A stretch of DNA of 28,435 nucleotides from a virus (Duplodnaviria > Caudoviricetes). Position numbers and translations under genes: made by a program. Location: positions 1-28,435 of IMG/VR virus record IMGVR_UViG_3300020044_010367; one strand, written 5' to 3'. Positions within the stretch are counted from its first letter, which is position 1. Every line of letters begins with the position of its first letter. Positions 18,170 to 25,448 of the stretch are shown here, piece after piece. The notes under the pieces are model-generated. The model was not told the origin of the DNA and ran no database searches. It saw nothing but the letters and a program-made list of their open reading frames with translations.

Positions 18170-18433
18170 ATGAAAAAATTACTCTTTATTTCAGCATTAT
18201 TTTTTGCCAATTCAGCAATTGGTCAGGTATTTTATTTAAATTATACTTACAATAGTATTAAACCAATTGGGGATTCTTTGCAAGTGAATATCACAACCAA
18301 TTACCAAGTTGGAAGCATAATTAATACAATAGACTGCAACTTTAAAGTTGGAAAAAACAAAACTTGGTTGCAATTGGAGGCAATATTTGAGCAGAAGAGT
18401 TATGAATGTTTTACTGACTTAATTGGGAATTAA
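18170..18433 (+). CDS. Small secreted protein
   Basis: MKKLLFISALFFANSAIG/Q signal peptide. Confidence 0.7.
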   Translation: MKKLLFISALFFANSAIGQVFYLNYTYNSIKPIGDSLQVNITTNYQVGSIINTIDCNFKVGKNKTWLQLEAIFEQKSYECFTDLIGN

Positions 18434-18618
18434 TGGACATGCCACAATCTGCAAACTATGGCAATATCTGTAACATTGCTTTCATTTTTTTAGAAATGTC
18501 AAAGGAGGCATTGGAAGCCAATTTGGGAATTTTACTAATAATTTGTCAAATATGTTTGGCGGTTTGTGGCTCAATCTTCTACTTTTTATCAATCAAAAAA
18601 CTTAAAAAAAATGCTTAA
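18433..18618 (+). CDS. Small membrane protein, holin candidate
   Basis: TM segment followed by a basic tail. Confidence 0.45.
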   Translation: MDMPQSANYGNICNIAFIFLEMSKEALEANLGILLIICQICLAVCGSIFYFLSIKKLKKNA

Positions 18619-18802
18619 AGTTGACAAGGCTTCGCCCAAATGGTATAGAATTTTTAACACAGTTTACCCAATCGTGGAAAACGCAGTTATTGCCGGAGCA
18701 ATGATTTACGATGTCGAGTCAAATGCTAAAGGTCTTCTTGTTTTCAAACTTGCATCGTCTACAATTAGGCAGGTTATTGATGCGGTAATCGAAGAAAAAT
18801 GA
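18611..18802 (+). CDS. Small membrane-associated protein, holin candidate (ATG 18611)
   Basis: SPKWYR motif and amphipathic helices; lysis context. Confidence 0.45.
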   Translation: MLKVDKASPKWYRIFNTVYPIVENAVIAGAMIYDVESNAKGLLVFKLASSTIRQVIDAVIEEK

Positions 18803-19764
18803 AAGATATTGTATTGCCATATTTAACCAAATTTCCAGAGGTAAATACTTGGACTTTAGCTAAAATGATTGTTGCAAAATATCCGGATTTAAAAGCCGAC
18901 AACGTGCGAAGTGTAATCCGTTATTATAGAGGCAATAAGGGAGTTGAAGCAAGAAAAAAAGCATCAAACAAACAATTTTTTCGTGCAAGTGATGGAAGCT
19001 ACAACCTTAAGGCGGTCAATATTAGCACACAAGATTTTATTTTTCCGCATAAGAAGCCGTTAATAGTAAGCGACATTCATTTACCTTACCACGATATTGA
19101 TGCTATCGAAATCGCACTTGAAAAAGCGTATAAGAATAATGTGGATAGTATCTATTTAAATGGCGATATTTTAGACTTCTACCAAGTCAGTCGATTTACG
19201 AAAGAAGGTGGCGCAATGTCTATCAAGGAGGAGAGAGACATGTTCTTTGAATTTATAGGTTGGATCAAAAGTAATTTTGATGTCCCAATATACTATAAAG
19301 CCGGAAACCATGAGGAGCGGTTGGCAAAATATATTAATGACAAGGCTCCAGACCTCGCGCAATTGCCCGAATTGTCACTAAGCGGATTTTTAAAGTTGGA
19401 TGAGTTAGATGTTCAGTTTGTCGATGGCAGACAAAAGGCATTGATGGGCAAACTTATTGTTGTTCATGGACACGAATTCGGCGAAAGTATATTTAGCCCG
19501 GTAAATCCTGCAAGAGGTTTATTTCTTAGAGCCAAATCAAGTACATTGGCTGGTCATAACCATCAAACTTCTGAACACCACGAAAACAATCTTAAAAACG
19601 ATTCTATGGCTTGTTTTTCGACAGGATGTCTTTGCCAATTAACTCCTAATTATCGGCCATTTGCATACACAAAATGGAATCATGGCTTTGCAATTGTGGA
19701 AATTGATGCGGACGATACTTTTGAAGTGAGTAACTATCGAATTATTGACGGAAAAGTAAAATAA
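18799..19764 (+). CDS. Calcineurin-like metallophosphoesterase
   Basis: SDIH, GDILD, GNHE, HGH, GHNH motifs. Confidence 0.92.
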   Translation: MKDIVLPYLTKFPEVNTWTLAKMIVAKYPDLKADNVRSVIRYYRGNKGVEARKKASNKQFFRASDGSYNLKAVNISTQDFIFPHKKPLIVSDIHLPYHDIDAIEIALEKAYKNNVDSIYLNGDILDFYQVSRFTKEGGAMSIKEERDMFFEFIGWIKSNFDVPIYYKAGNHEERLAKYINDKAPDLAQLPELSLSGFLKLDELDVQFVDGRQKALMGKLIVVHGHEFGESIFSPVNPARGLFLRAKSSTLAGHNHQTSEHHENNLKNDSMACFSTGCLCQLTPNYRPFAYTKWNHGFAIVEIDADDTFEVSNYRIIDGKVK

Positions 19765-19765
19765 C

Positions 19766-19966
19766 ATGCAACGGCAACTTTACGAATACAACAAAAACCA
19801 ACAAATTCCTGTCGATTCTATTATTAAGATAGGGGAATCAGTTCTTTCGTTTATTGTGGCACTATTTGCAACAAAAAGGAGCAAAGACAAACGATTGGAC
19901 GACTTGGAGATTACTGTTAAATACATTCTAAAAAAACTTGAAAATGACAATAACTTTGGAATTTGA
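19766..19966 (+). CDS. Small single-TM protein with coiled-coil tail
   Basis: SVLSFIVALFA then KRLDDLE. Confidence 0.55.
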   Translation: MQRQLYEYNKNQQIPVDSIIKIGESVLSFIVALFATKRSKDKRLDDLEITVKYILKKLENDNNFGI

Positions 19967-20159
19967 CAATTTCGAAGATGCTCAAACGGCAATGAATGGC
20001 CATATTTACCAAATGGCTATTTTTGAATTTGACCAATATATTAGGTCGGAGACAAAGTACAATTCCGACAACATGTCTGAAGAAACTTACATTGCCTACA
20101 ATCATTTAAGAGAAAAATTAAGGGAAATATTAAACGAAAACAATTTAAGCATAAGATAA
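19944..20159 (+). CDS. Conserved phage hypothetical protein
   Basis: MTITLEF...DQYIRS..KY pattern common in phages. Confidence 0.65.
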   Translation: MTITLEFDNFEDAQTAMNGHIYQMAIFEFDQYIRSETKYNSDNMSEETYIAYNHLREKLREILNENNLSIR

Positions 20160-20160
20160 C

Positions 20161-20592
20161 ATGATGATAAGTGAGCATTTTGATGTAAGAGAGTTCGTCT
20201 CTCCGGAAACATGGGAAAGAAACGGAGCCGATTCCGTCAAATTCATTGATCCTAAATTAGTGGCATTGGCAGAATTTCTGAGAAAGTATTTTGGTGCAAG
20301 TGTAATTATCAATAATTGGCACACCGGAGGCAATTTTAAAAATCGAGGATTTAGAGATTACGATTCAAAAGTAGGTGGGTTTACCTCTCAGCATAGGCAA
20401 GGCAAGGCATTTGATTGCAATATTAAAGGCTTTACAATTGCAGATTTGCATAAAGCTATAAAGAAAGACGAGCGGACCTTTTACAATGCCGGATTAAGGA
20501 GAATTGAGGACATAAAAGATGCACCAACTTGGCTACATTGCGACATCAAGGACGGAATTGACAATAAAATTGTGACATTTAGGGCGAAATAA
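20161..20592 (+). CDS. Endolysin, peptidase M15 family
   Basis: RGFR, SQH..GKAFD, WLHCD Zn ligands. Confidence 0.88.
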   Translation: MMISEHFDVREFVSPETWERNGADSVKFIDPKLVALAEFLRKYFGASVIINNWHTGGNFKNRGFRDYDSKVGGFTSQHRQGKAFDCNIKGFTIADLHKAIKKDERTFYNAGLRRIEDIKDAPTWLHCDIKDGIDNKIVTFRAK

Positions 20593-20601
20593 AAAAATTG
20601 C

Positions 20602-20609
20602 TATATTTG
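20602..20609 (+). promoter_or_regulatory. -7 box TATATTTG of putative sRNA-2
   Basis: Consensus match; no ORF before the terminator. Confidence 0.6.
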
Positions 20610-20612
20610 CAA

Positions 20613-20673
20613 AGATTCTTTATTTGCTGACCCATTAAAGAAAAAGGAGACCAAGAAATTGGTCTTTTTTTTT
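20613..20673 (+). ncRNA. Putative trans-acting antisense small RNA 2 (two hairpins)
   Basis: Stem ttcttta/taaagaa with loop tttgctgacccat; complementary to 20717-20729 and 21517-21534. Confidence 0.6.
20643..20673 (+). terminator. Intrinsic terminator at the end of the late region
   Basis: agaccaa-GAAA-ttggtct plus long T tract. Confidence 0.85.
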
Positions 20674-20704
20674 GAAAAAAAATTTGCAGAATCAAAAATC
20701 TGTA

Positions 20705-20712
20705 TACATTTG
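20705..20712 (+). promoter_or_regulatory. Early promoter: -7 TACATTTG with -33 TTTG at 20683-20686
   Basis: Both Bacteroidota elements present. Confidence 0.7.
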
Positions 20713-20734
20713 CGCAGTCAGTAAATAAATTATA

Positions 20735-20899
20735 ATGGAAACAATAATCTTAACTCAGCCGTCTTTGCGAGGCTTCAAATATTCGCAATGCTTACCTCTA
20801 TTGTCGGTAATTGCCGACCAAAATGGACTGAATTTGTCCAAAATTCGGGATTTTCGGATTGCTAAGAGAATTTTGCTTATAAGTATGGCCCAAAATTAA
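20735..20899 (+). CDS. Hypothetical protein, 54 aa (METIILTQPSLRGFKYSQCL...)
   Basis: Manual translation; A-rich start after the promoter. Confidence 0.6.
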   Translation: METIILTQPSLRGFKYSQCLPLLSVIADQNGLNLSKIRDFRIAKRILLISMAQN

Positions 20900-20903
20900 T
20901 ATC

Positions 20904-21038
20904 ATGGGCAAAAAATCAAAAATTTTACTTATGTTTTATGTCATAATGGTATTTTTTACTTACATGGCAATCGAATTCTTTAAACATGCACAAATTTCTG
21001 TCAATCCATCTGCCAAATCTCATTATTCGCAATTTTAA
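20904..21038 (+). CDS. Small membrane protein, 44 aa (MGKKSKILLMFYVIMVFFTYMAIEFF...)
   Basis: Manual translation; single TM. Confidence 0.55.
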   Translation: MGKKSKILLMFYVIMVFFTYMAIEFFKHAQISVNPSAKSHYSQF

Positions 21039-21104
21039 AGCGATTTTTGAGTATTTCTTGGCAATTTCAATCATTTTATTAACTATTTATTTTTTTACGC
21101 TAAT

Positions 21105-21491
21105 ATGAATCTTTACGACTATTTACAAATTCCGCAAACTGAGTGGCTAATTGCCGACGAAACTGAGGCCAATTGGTTTTTAATTCATGTTATGAATGCC
21201 AACATTTACAAATATACTGTTAACCGGGGCGATTATTTTTATGAGTTTACCTTAAATGCTCCAGAATACAACTTACTCAAACTTAAAAAAACATGGTCCA
21301 AAAGAAAGGAAGTTTCTCAACCATTTAGTCTATTCGCTGCGGTCCATGCTTTGCAGGATCTAAGGGAAAAACATATTGGCGAAAAGGTCACAATCCGGAT
21401 GGAAAGCCATGCCAAATGTTCGGATTCTTCCCTATATTTAAAGGAGGTTGGATTCAAGGAATTGAATCAGTTTAAAAAAAGTTTATATTAA
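21105..21491 (+). CDS. Hypothetical protein
   Basis: ORF track. Confidence 0.7.
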   Translation: MNLYDYLQIPQTEWLIADETEANWFLIHVMNANIYKYTVNRGDYFYEFTLNAPEYNLLKLKKTWSKRKEVSQPFSLFAAVHALQDLREKHIGEKVTIRMESHAKCSDSSLYLKEVGFKELNQFKKSLY

Positions 21492-21504
21492 TCAAATTAA
21501 TTGT

Positions 21505-21512
21505 TATATTTG
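21505..21512 (+). promoter_or_regulatory. -7 box TATATTTG of the recombination operon
   Basis: Consensus match, intergenic. Confidence 0.65.
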
Positions 21513-21534
21513 CAAATCTTTAATCGTCAGCAAA

Positions 21535-21795
21535 ATGTTTTACAAAACCGAAATGCATGTCATTGGCTATGTCTGCCAATTCTGCAAACAATCTTATCTT
21601 GATTCTGAATATCATATCGACATGGTAGACCTTTGTCCACTATGCGATGAATGTTTTGAGTCAACCAATGAATTAATCTATAAATACGAAGGCAAAGCCG
21701 AATTTGATAGGCTATTTGCGAAGTATGGTCGCAAAGCGCAATGGGATTGCAGCGAGGACCAATTAATTTTTAAGTACGAGGACATTTACGTTTAA
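21535..21795 (+). CDS. Small putative Zn-finger protein
   Basis: CQFC...CPLCDEC. Confidence 0.65.
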   Translation: MFYKTEMHVIGYVCQFCKQSYLDSEYHIDMVDLCPLCDECFESTNELIYKYEGKAEFDRLFAKYGRKAQWDCSEDQLIFKYEDIYV

Positions 21796-21806
21796 TTTTT
21801 AATACA

Positions 21807-22187
21807 ATGATAAAACCAAAAAACATCGCCATACCTATGGCACAATTTGAGGATTTGACAGTTGGCAAACAATATGTCATTGAATCCGTTTCGGCAAAAG
21901 AATTCATTATTATAGACGATAATGAAGATTTCCAAGCCTTTCCGCTAAATATCAAAGGATTCAAATTTGATAAGCCGGAGCAAAGACTTATTCAGACAAC
22001 TAAATTGGAAGTCATGTCTAACTTTCTTGTTACTTATGAAATTGTTAAAATTGAGGACGGCATGAAGGTATTTGTTCGGACACTTGAGCAGACGGATATT
22101 CAGAATTTCCGCAACGATGTCGAGCATGAATTGGAAAATGCAATTGCTAACCCATCGGATTGGGTTTTTCGAACTATTTGGGAATAA
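21807..22187 (+). CDS. Hypothetical protein
   Basis: ORF; LTVGKQYVI SH3-like start. Confidence 0.65.
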   Translation: MIKPKNIAIPMAQFEDLTVGKQYVIESVSAKEFIIIDDNEDFQAFPLNIKGFKFDKPEQRLIQTTKLEVMSNFLVTYEIVKIEDGMKVFVRTLEQTDIQNFRNDVEHELENAIANPSDWVFRTIWE

Positions 22188-22213
22188 TTAATAATCAATA
22201 AATAAATAAAAAA

Positions 22214-23095
22214 ATGAATCTCACAACTAAAGATTTTTTCAAACAAGACTCGGTCCAATCTAAATTCAAAGAACTATTGGGCAACCGGGCAAATCAATTT
22301 ATCACATCGGTTTTGCAAATCGCAAACAACAATGCAATGTTGTCAAATGCGGATCCGGTCTCAATATACAATGCTGCGGCAACGGCTGCGGTCTTGGATT
22401 TGCCAATTAACCCTAATCTCGGATTTGCTTATATCATTCCATTTAATGAAAAACAAAAGGATGGAAGCTATGTGAGTAAGGCACAATTTCAAATCGGATA
22501 CAAAGGATTTATCCAATTGGCTCAAAGGAGCGGTCAGTTCAAAACTCTTAATTGCGTTGCAGTTTACGAGGGTGACGAGGATGGGGATGTTTACCAGAGA
22601 TTGATTAACATTATTCCAAAAAAGCCAAGCACCAATAACATAGTTGGATATGCGGCATTTTTTCAGTTATTAAACGGATTTGAGAAAGTGTACTACATGG
22701 ATAAATCTCAAATTGAGAGCCACGCTTTGAAATTCAGTCAAACCTACAAAAAGAATTTCGGAGTATGGAAAGACGATTTTGACTCGATGGCTAAAAAGAC
22801 GGTCATAAAATTGCTATTGAATAAATATGCCCCATTGAGCATTGAAATGCAAAAGGCGGTTATTACGGACCAAGCTATTATTAACGATGTTAATGGCGAG
22901 GATGTGACCTATTTGGACAATATTGCCAACCGACCAGAGAAGCAAAATCCAAAGGAAATTGAGCAGGAAAGATTGTGCCAATTAATAAAATCCTCTAAGT
23001 CGATTGACGATTTAAAGAAAGTTACAAAGGATGCCATATTTGGCGAAAAAGCTAACCAATTGTTTGACCAAAAATTAAAGGAATTAGATGTTTAA
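22214..23095 (+). CDS. recT: RecT-family single-strand annealing protein
   Basis: LPINPNLGFAYIIPF, QFQIGYKGFIQLAQRSG, W..DFDSMAKKTV. Confidence 0.93.
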   Translation: MNLTTKDFFKQDSVQSKFKELLGNRANQFITSVLQIANNNAMLSNADPVSIYNAAATAAVLDLPINPNLGFAYIIPFNEKQKDGSYVSKAQFQIGYKGFIQLAQRSGQFKTLNCVAVYEGDEDGDVYQRLINIIPKKPSTNNIVGYAAFFQLLNGFEKVYYMDKSQIESHALKFSQTYKKNFGVWKDDFDSMAKKTVIKLLLNKYAPLSIEMQKAVITDQAIINDVNGEDVTYLDNIANRPEKQNPKEIEQERLCQLIKSSKSIDDLKKVTKDAIFGEKANQLFDQKLKELDV

Positions 23096-23846
23096 CAATT
23101 ATTTATTCAGGTGTTCGGGCCTTGGCTACCTAATGACTGAGGCCCGGTCGAAGTCGAAAACCTTATCCGCAACCACAAAGAGTTATCTAAGGGACCAATT
23201 TATCAAAGTTAGGTTTGGAAGGACACAAGATTTGTCTAACAAATACTTAATTAAAGGAATTGCGGTCGAGGATGACTCAATAACTTTACTTTCGATGCAC
23301 ATGAGAGAAATGCTCACCAAAAACGAGGCAAAACTTACAAATGATTATTTGTCTGGAACTCCGGATTTAATTTATGGAGATGTTGTAATTGACATTAAAT
23401 CAAGGTGGGATATTTATTCCTATTTCAAAACAATTGACGAGCCAATGGATAAAATGAACTATTGGCAACTTGTCGGCTACATGGAACTAACCGGGTGCAA
23501 TAAAGCCAAAATTGTCAATACTTTAATTAATACTCCATTTGAGCAGATTAATAGTGAATTAAAGCGAGAGCAATACCAATGGTCCAATTCCGTCCCGGCA
23601 TGGAGAGAAATTGAAATTATAAAGAATTTGGTTTATGATTTCGAGACATTTGACAGATATGTTAATATGGTCACGACGGTCCAATCAGATGATGATAAAA
23701 AAATGTTTGATTCATTTGTTGAAGTAAATGGCCGGGTTAATATTGTTGAGATTCAGCGCAATGATAAAGATGTTGAGGACCTTTATAATAGAATTTTTGA
23801 GTCAAGAATTTACCTAAATTCTCTATGTAATAAATTCAGCAATTAA
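23088..23846 (+). CDS. YqaJ/lambda-exonuclease-like nuclease
   Basis: FRCS, GTPD, DIKS, YWQLVGYM (PD-(D/E)xK); adjacent to recT. Confidence 0.85.
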   Translation: MFNNYLFRCSGLGYLMTEARSKSKTLSATTKSYLRDQFIKVRFGRTQDLSNKYLIKGIAVEDDSITLLSMHMREMLTKNEAKLTNDYLSGTPDLIYGDVVIDIKSRWDIYSYFKTIDEPMDKMNYWQLVGYMELTGCNKAKIVNTLINTPFEQINSELKREQYQWSNSVPAWREIEIIKNLVYDFETFDRYVNMVTTVQSDDDKKMFDSFVEVNGRVNIVEIQRNDKDVEDLYNRIFESRIYLNSLCNKFSN

Positions 23847-23930
23847 TTTTTTTTTGCCTAAAAATCAACTACTTACATTTTTTTATTATAATTATTTTTG
23901 GTTGATGTATACACATATCAAAATGGGATA

Positions 23931-23938
23931 TATCTTTG
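23931..23938 (+). promoter_or_regulatory. -7 box TATCTTTG
   Basis: Consensus match, intergenic. Confidence 0.6.
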
Positions 23939-23963
23939 TCTCATAAAATTAATACTTAACACA

Positions 23964-24272
23964 ATGAAACAAATGACCAAAAACTCCGCTCTAAAAAGAT
24001 TAAACAATCTTACAATTCTGTCGGATGACAATCTTCGACCAATTTCAAAGAGGTCGCTAATCTACCAAACAATTGCCAACGTGATTGAAGGAGAAAATTT
24101 TATTAGACCATGTTACTCAACAGGCTCTGGTAAATGGACCAGAAATGTTGACAATACATGGAATTTTGAAGCAGCACTTAGGCGCATGAATTTTGAATTC
24201 ACATCCACAAACGATTCTCCAAGAGGTGGCATGTTAGGCAAACTTATTATTGTAACAACTAAAATCAAATAG
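23964..24272 (+). CDS. Hypothetical protein (start corrected to ATG 23964)
   Basis: RPCYSTGSGKWT...NDSPRGG..G motif; A-rich start. Confidence 0.7.
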   Translation: MKQMTKNSALKRLNNLTILSDDNLRPISKRSLIYQTIANVIEGENFIRPCYSTGSGKWTRNVDNTWNFEAALRRMNFEFTSTNDSPRGGMLGKLIIVTTKIK

Positions 24273-24274
24273 CC

Positions 24275-24484
24275 ATGATAAAAGATTATCAAAATTTCAA
24301 AGTGTTATCTACCAAAAAATACCTAAATACGGCCAATGACTACATTGGAGTCGAAGTTGAGCATTTATTTTTTGGAAAAGGCATAATTGTTAAGGCCAAA
24401 GACAATCTGGACAATACCGGGTACATGCTATTGATTCAATTTGGCAAGGAGTATTTAACTATTAATTTCACAAACATAATCTAA
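24275..24484 (+). CDS. Small Tudor/SH3-like beta protein
   Basis: GVEVEHLFFGKGII resembles the V.H..FG.G.I motif. Confidence 0.5.
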   Translation: MIKDYQNFKVLSTKKYLNTANDYIGVEVEHLFFGKGIIVKAKDNLDNTGYMLLIQFGKEYLTINFTNII

Positions 24485-24642
24485 TGGGATCCGGAGGTAA
24501 ACGTGCAAATAGTGGCCGTAAAAAGGCCTTAATTCAAAAGGATGTTGTTTCCTTTCGTGTGCCAAAACCAATTAAGGCAGATTTTAAGAAATTGGCTTTA
24601 GATTTGATTAAAGGTTTGCAAAATAATGACCTAAATATTTAA
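24484..24642 (+). CDS. Small DNA-binding protein, 52 aa (GGKRANSGRK plus ribbon-helix-helix-like VSFRVP)
   Basis: Manual translation; TAATG coupling. Confidence 0.65.
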   Translation: MGSGGKRANSGRKKALIQKDVVSFRVPKPIKADFKKLALDLIKGLQNNDLNI

Positions 24643-24673
24643 GGTTTTTTGTTTAACAAGATGCTTTGTTTTT

Positions 24674-24681
24674 TATATTTG
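24674..24681 (+). promoter_or_regulatory. -7 box TATATTTG of the replication operon
   Basis: Consensus match, intergenic. Confidence 0.65.
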
Positions 24682-24692
24682 CAAATTACAAC

Positions 24693-24778
24693 GATGTGGA
24701 CGGACATCTATAATTACATTTATGCTCAAATTGGGGGAAGGCCCGTCCGCCCGAACCCGATTTGGGCTTTTTTATTTT
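24693..24778 (+). promoter_or_regulatory. Structured 5' leader/attenuator with complementary loops GGACGG and CCGTCC
   Basis: Two hairpins; the second is a 12-bp stem followed by a T tract just before ATG 24780. Confidence 0.65.
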
Positions 24779-24779
24779 C

Positions 24780-25448
24780 ATGAATTCATATGAACTGACC
24801 AGACGATGGTTTGATTTTGCATTTGAGAATCCAGAGGCAAAAGTTCAGCATACGGCTTTGTTTTGTTGGATTATTGAACTCAACAACCGTCTTGGTTGGA
24901 AAGAGCAATTTGGACTGCCTACAATTTCGACAATGGAAGGTTTATCCATTGGAAACAAAAAAACATATTTGGCCGCACTAAATGAACTTGAAAAGTGGGG
25001 ATTTATTAAGATTATCAAGCTCAGCAAAAATCAATTTCAAGCGAATATTATTCAAATATGCCGTAGCAAAAAAGCCCCGGCATTGCAACCAGCATTAGAT
25101 ACGGCACTGCAACGGCACTGCAACGGCATTGCAACCGGCAGTGACCCTATAGATAAACAAGGAAACAATGAAACAAAGAAACAAGTAAACAATATTGCCA
25201 ATCGACAAATCGAATTTTTTGAAGAACTGAAAAATCATACTGAAAAGTACGGCAAGGAAATGGTCCGAAAGTTTTACGATTATTGGTCTGAAAAAACAAC
25301 AGACGGCCAAAAGATGAGGAAAGAAATGGAAAAAACATGGGAGACTGAAAAGAGATTGGCAAAATGGAAATCGAACAATTTTAATAACAACAATAAAAAT
25401 CAAAATGAACAACCGGAATTCAAAAAATTCAAAGGATATGAAGATTGA
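24780..25448 (+). CDS. Replication initiator (wHTH N-terminus, lambda O-like architecture)
   Basis: NRLGWK, wHTH, internal iterons, FYDYWSE..W C-terminus; upstream of dnaB. Confidence 0.75.
   Translation: MNSYELTRRWFDFAFENPEAKVQHTALFCWIIELNNRLGWKEQFGLPTISTMEGLSIGNKKTYLAALNELEKWGFIKIIKLSKNQFQANIIQICRSKKAPALQPALDTALQRHCNGIATGSDPIDKQGNNETKKQVNNIANRQIEFFEELKNHTEKYGKEMVRKFYDYWSEKTTDGQKMRKEMEKTWETEKRLAKWKSNNFNNNNKNQNEQPEFKKFKGYED
25078..25193 (+). repeat. Iteron-like repeats (cggcaYtgcaa x4 plus degenerate copies) then AAACAA repeats: probable origin
   Basis: Copies at 25078, 25102, 25113, 25124; A-rich tract at 25154-25193. Confidence 0.7.
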
